In this document: piece after piece, positions 63,301 to 64,000 of the stretch
How positions within the stretch are numbered: position 1 is the first letter of the stretch
How the letters are laid out: every line of letters begins with the position of its first letter
Assembly: GCF_032444005.1 (NCBI RefSeq)
Contig: NC_091289.1
Span: 63,116,001-63,180,000, forward strand
Reading direction: 5' to 3'
Source: Ranitomeya imitator
Taxonomy: Eukaryota
DNA: 64,000 bases
The notes under the pieces: generated by a model
Database searches by the model: none
Told to the model about the DNA's origin: nothing
The model's input: only the letters and a program-made list of their open reading frames with translations
Translations under genes and position numbers: made by a program

Positions 63301-63850
63301 TTGTTATTGATAAAGAGGTCATGGATAAATGGAAGTTTATTGCAGACAGAGCGTGCGTTCCATAGTGCTCCAGATAGGGAAATTGGGGGAGTGGGGGCAG
63401 GATGAATGGGTATGAGGTTACTGTGGTTGCGAGGACGTGTAGAGGATCGTGGCAGGGGATTAGAAATGAGTGTGGGGATGTGATGAGGAGGGCCAGGATT
63501 TGGGGATATGTCGCCAGCAATGAGGAGCAGCAGACAGAGCGTTAGAAGGTGTGAGCTGGATAGGTCATGATGTGGCCGTGTGTGCCTGGCGAGAAAGGAT
63601 TGTATGTGGAGGAATAGTTCTGTGGAGGAGGTGAGATGACTGGGGAGGATGGAGGGAGAAATGACTAGTTCTTTACTGGGTGGAGGGACTACAGGAGATA
63701 GGAAGAAATAGAGTAGTATGGGGGTGAATGTGAAAAGAAACCGAAACATTATAGTGGTTTTCTATTCCTTTACCTTCCAGTCAATTCCAGTCCAATTCTA
63801 GTCTAATTCATAGCAATTAAAAAACTGCAATTTAAAAATGCAATTTCTAA
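60340..63850 (-). mobile_element. Young L2 LINE lacking ORF1 (5' boundary approximate)
   Basis: (AAT)n tail 60340-60372, 3' stem-loop 60373-60395 and an uninterrupted ORF2. Confidence 0.93.
60576..63749 (-). CDS. L2 ORF2, 1057 aa: hydrophobic leader, 2A-like motif, APE endonuclease, reverse transcriptase
   Basis: [76 protein letters not shown] and [10 protein letters not shown]. Confidence 0.96.
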   Translation of the reverse strand: MFRFLFTFTPILLYFFLSPVVPPPSKELVISPSILPSHLTSSTELFLHIQSFLARHTRPHHDLSSSHLLTLCLLLLIAGDISPNPGPPHHIPTLISNPLPRSSTRPRNHSNLIPIHPAPTPPISLSGALWNARSVCNKLPFIHDLFINNKLSFLGITETWLTPSDTASPAALSYGGFHLSHTPRPSSKHGGGVGFLLSDNCSFTPIPLPPSVILPSFEVHSVRIYSPSNLQLAVIYRPPGPATTFFDHFTTWLLHFLAADIPTIIMGDFNIPIDTSLSAATKLLSLTSSFGLTQWSSTATHKDGHTLDLILTRLCSLSNLSNSPLPLSDHNLLTFSSLSTPCLQPPPHKLSHPRRNLKHLDLHSLSESLLPLTDISSLHNADDAAALYNTTIAAALESLAPLTHTKARKINRQPWHTSMTKELRRASRAAERRWKRSHSIEHFIAFKQSLTAFKTMLATAKQTYFSSLISSLSHNPKQLFNTFNSLLRPPAPPPSPLISAEDFASFFKQKIENIRDNFSKQPPEPFLPTTQPSTSKTNFSTITEDGLSTLLSRSHLTTCALDPLPSHFIPNLTTVFIPTLTHLFNLSLTTGIFPSSFKHATITPILKKPSLESSVSSYRPISLLPFASKLLEQHVHIELSSHLSSCSFFDRFQSGFRSHHSTETALTKVTNDLLTAKSKRHYSVLLLLDLSSAFDTVDHSLLLQTLSSLGITELALSWISSYLTDRTFSVSHSHTTSSPRPLSVGVPQGSVLRPLLFSIYTFGLGQLIESHGFQYHLYADDTQIYISGPDITSLLTRIPQCLSAISSFFSTRFLKLNMDKTEFIIFPPSHAISPTNLSITVNGCPLSPVPQARCLGVILDTDLSFKPHIQTLSTSCRLQLKNISRIRTFLNQESAKTLVHALIISRLDYCNLLLCGLPSNTLAPLQSILNSAARLIHLSPRYSPASPLCQSLHWLPITQRLQYKSLTMTYKAIHNLSPPYICDLVSRYFPARNLRSSQDLLLYSPIISSSHNRIQDFSRASPLLWNALPQHIRLSPTIETFKKNLKTHLFRQAYNLQ

Positions 63851-64000
63851 GATGGTCAGACACGTCTGGTCAGACTCATGGCTATGAATTTATGGGCACC
63901 TAAGGGCTCACAGCTGAGAGGGAGGATGTGGGCGTGTGTGTCTAGAGCACATGTTCACAGTTAAGCCAGGTCATAAAGAGGGGGTGGGGTAGATGGCCAC

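Overview
Vertebrate, very likely anuran (frog), genomic DNA with two N gaps (39214-39356, 40781-40976). The repeat families look like those of hyloid/dendrobatid frogs, but that is inference from recall. Three host genes lie in the conserved order pmm1(-), desi1(-), xrcc6/Ku70(+). The window holds the first coding exon of pmm1, all six coding exons of desi1 (169 aa, His/Cys dyad intact) and the first exons of xrcc6. desi1 and xrcc6 are head-to-head across a short GC-rich bidirectional promoter. Most of the rest is transposon-derived. This includes an L1 and an L2 with uninterrupted ORF2s, a CR1 inside a DIRS element that carries an internal inversion, several Tc1 relics and Tf1/sushi-type LTRs. 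It also includes Penelope-like inverted fragments with hammerhead ribozyme motifs, a head-to-tail Helitron array, a Helitron Rep relic, piggyBac/hAT/pogo/Harbinger-type non-autonomous elements and several minisatellites. The most notable signals are a 2A-like (StopGo) motif behind a hydrophobic leader in the L2 ORF2, a minimal hammerhead ribozyme in desi1 intron 5, a self-priming PBS, the microhomology-bounded DIRS inversion and the rolling-circle-type Helitron array. I cannot support a wholly new multi-gene system here. All annotation is by eye, with no database searches.
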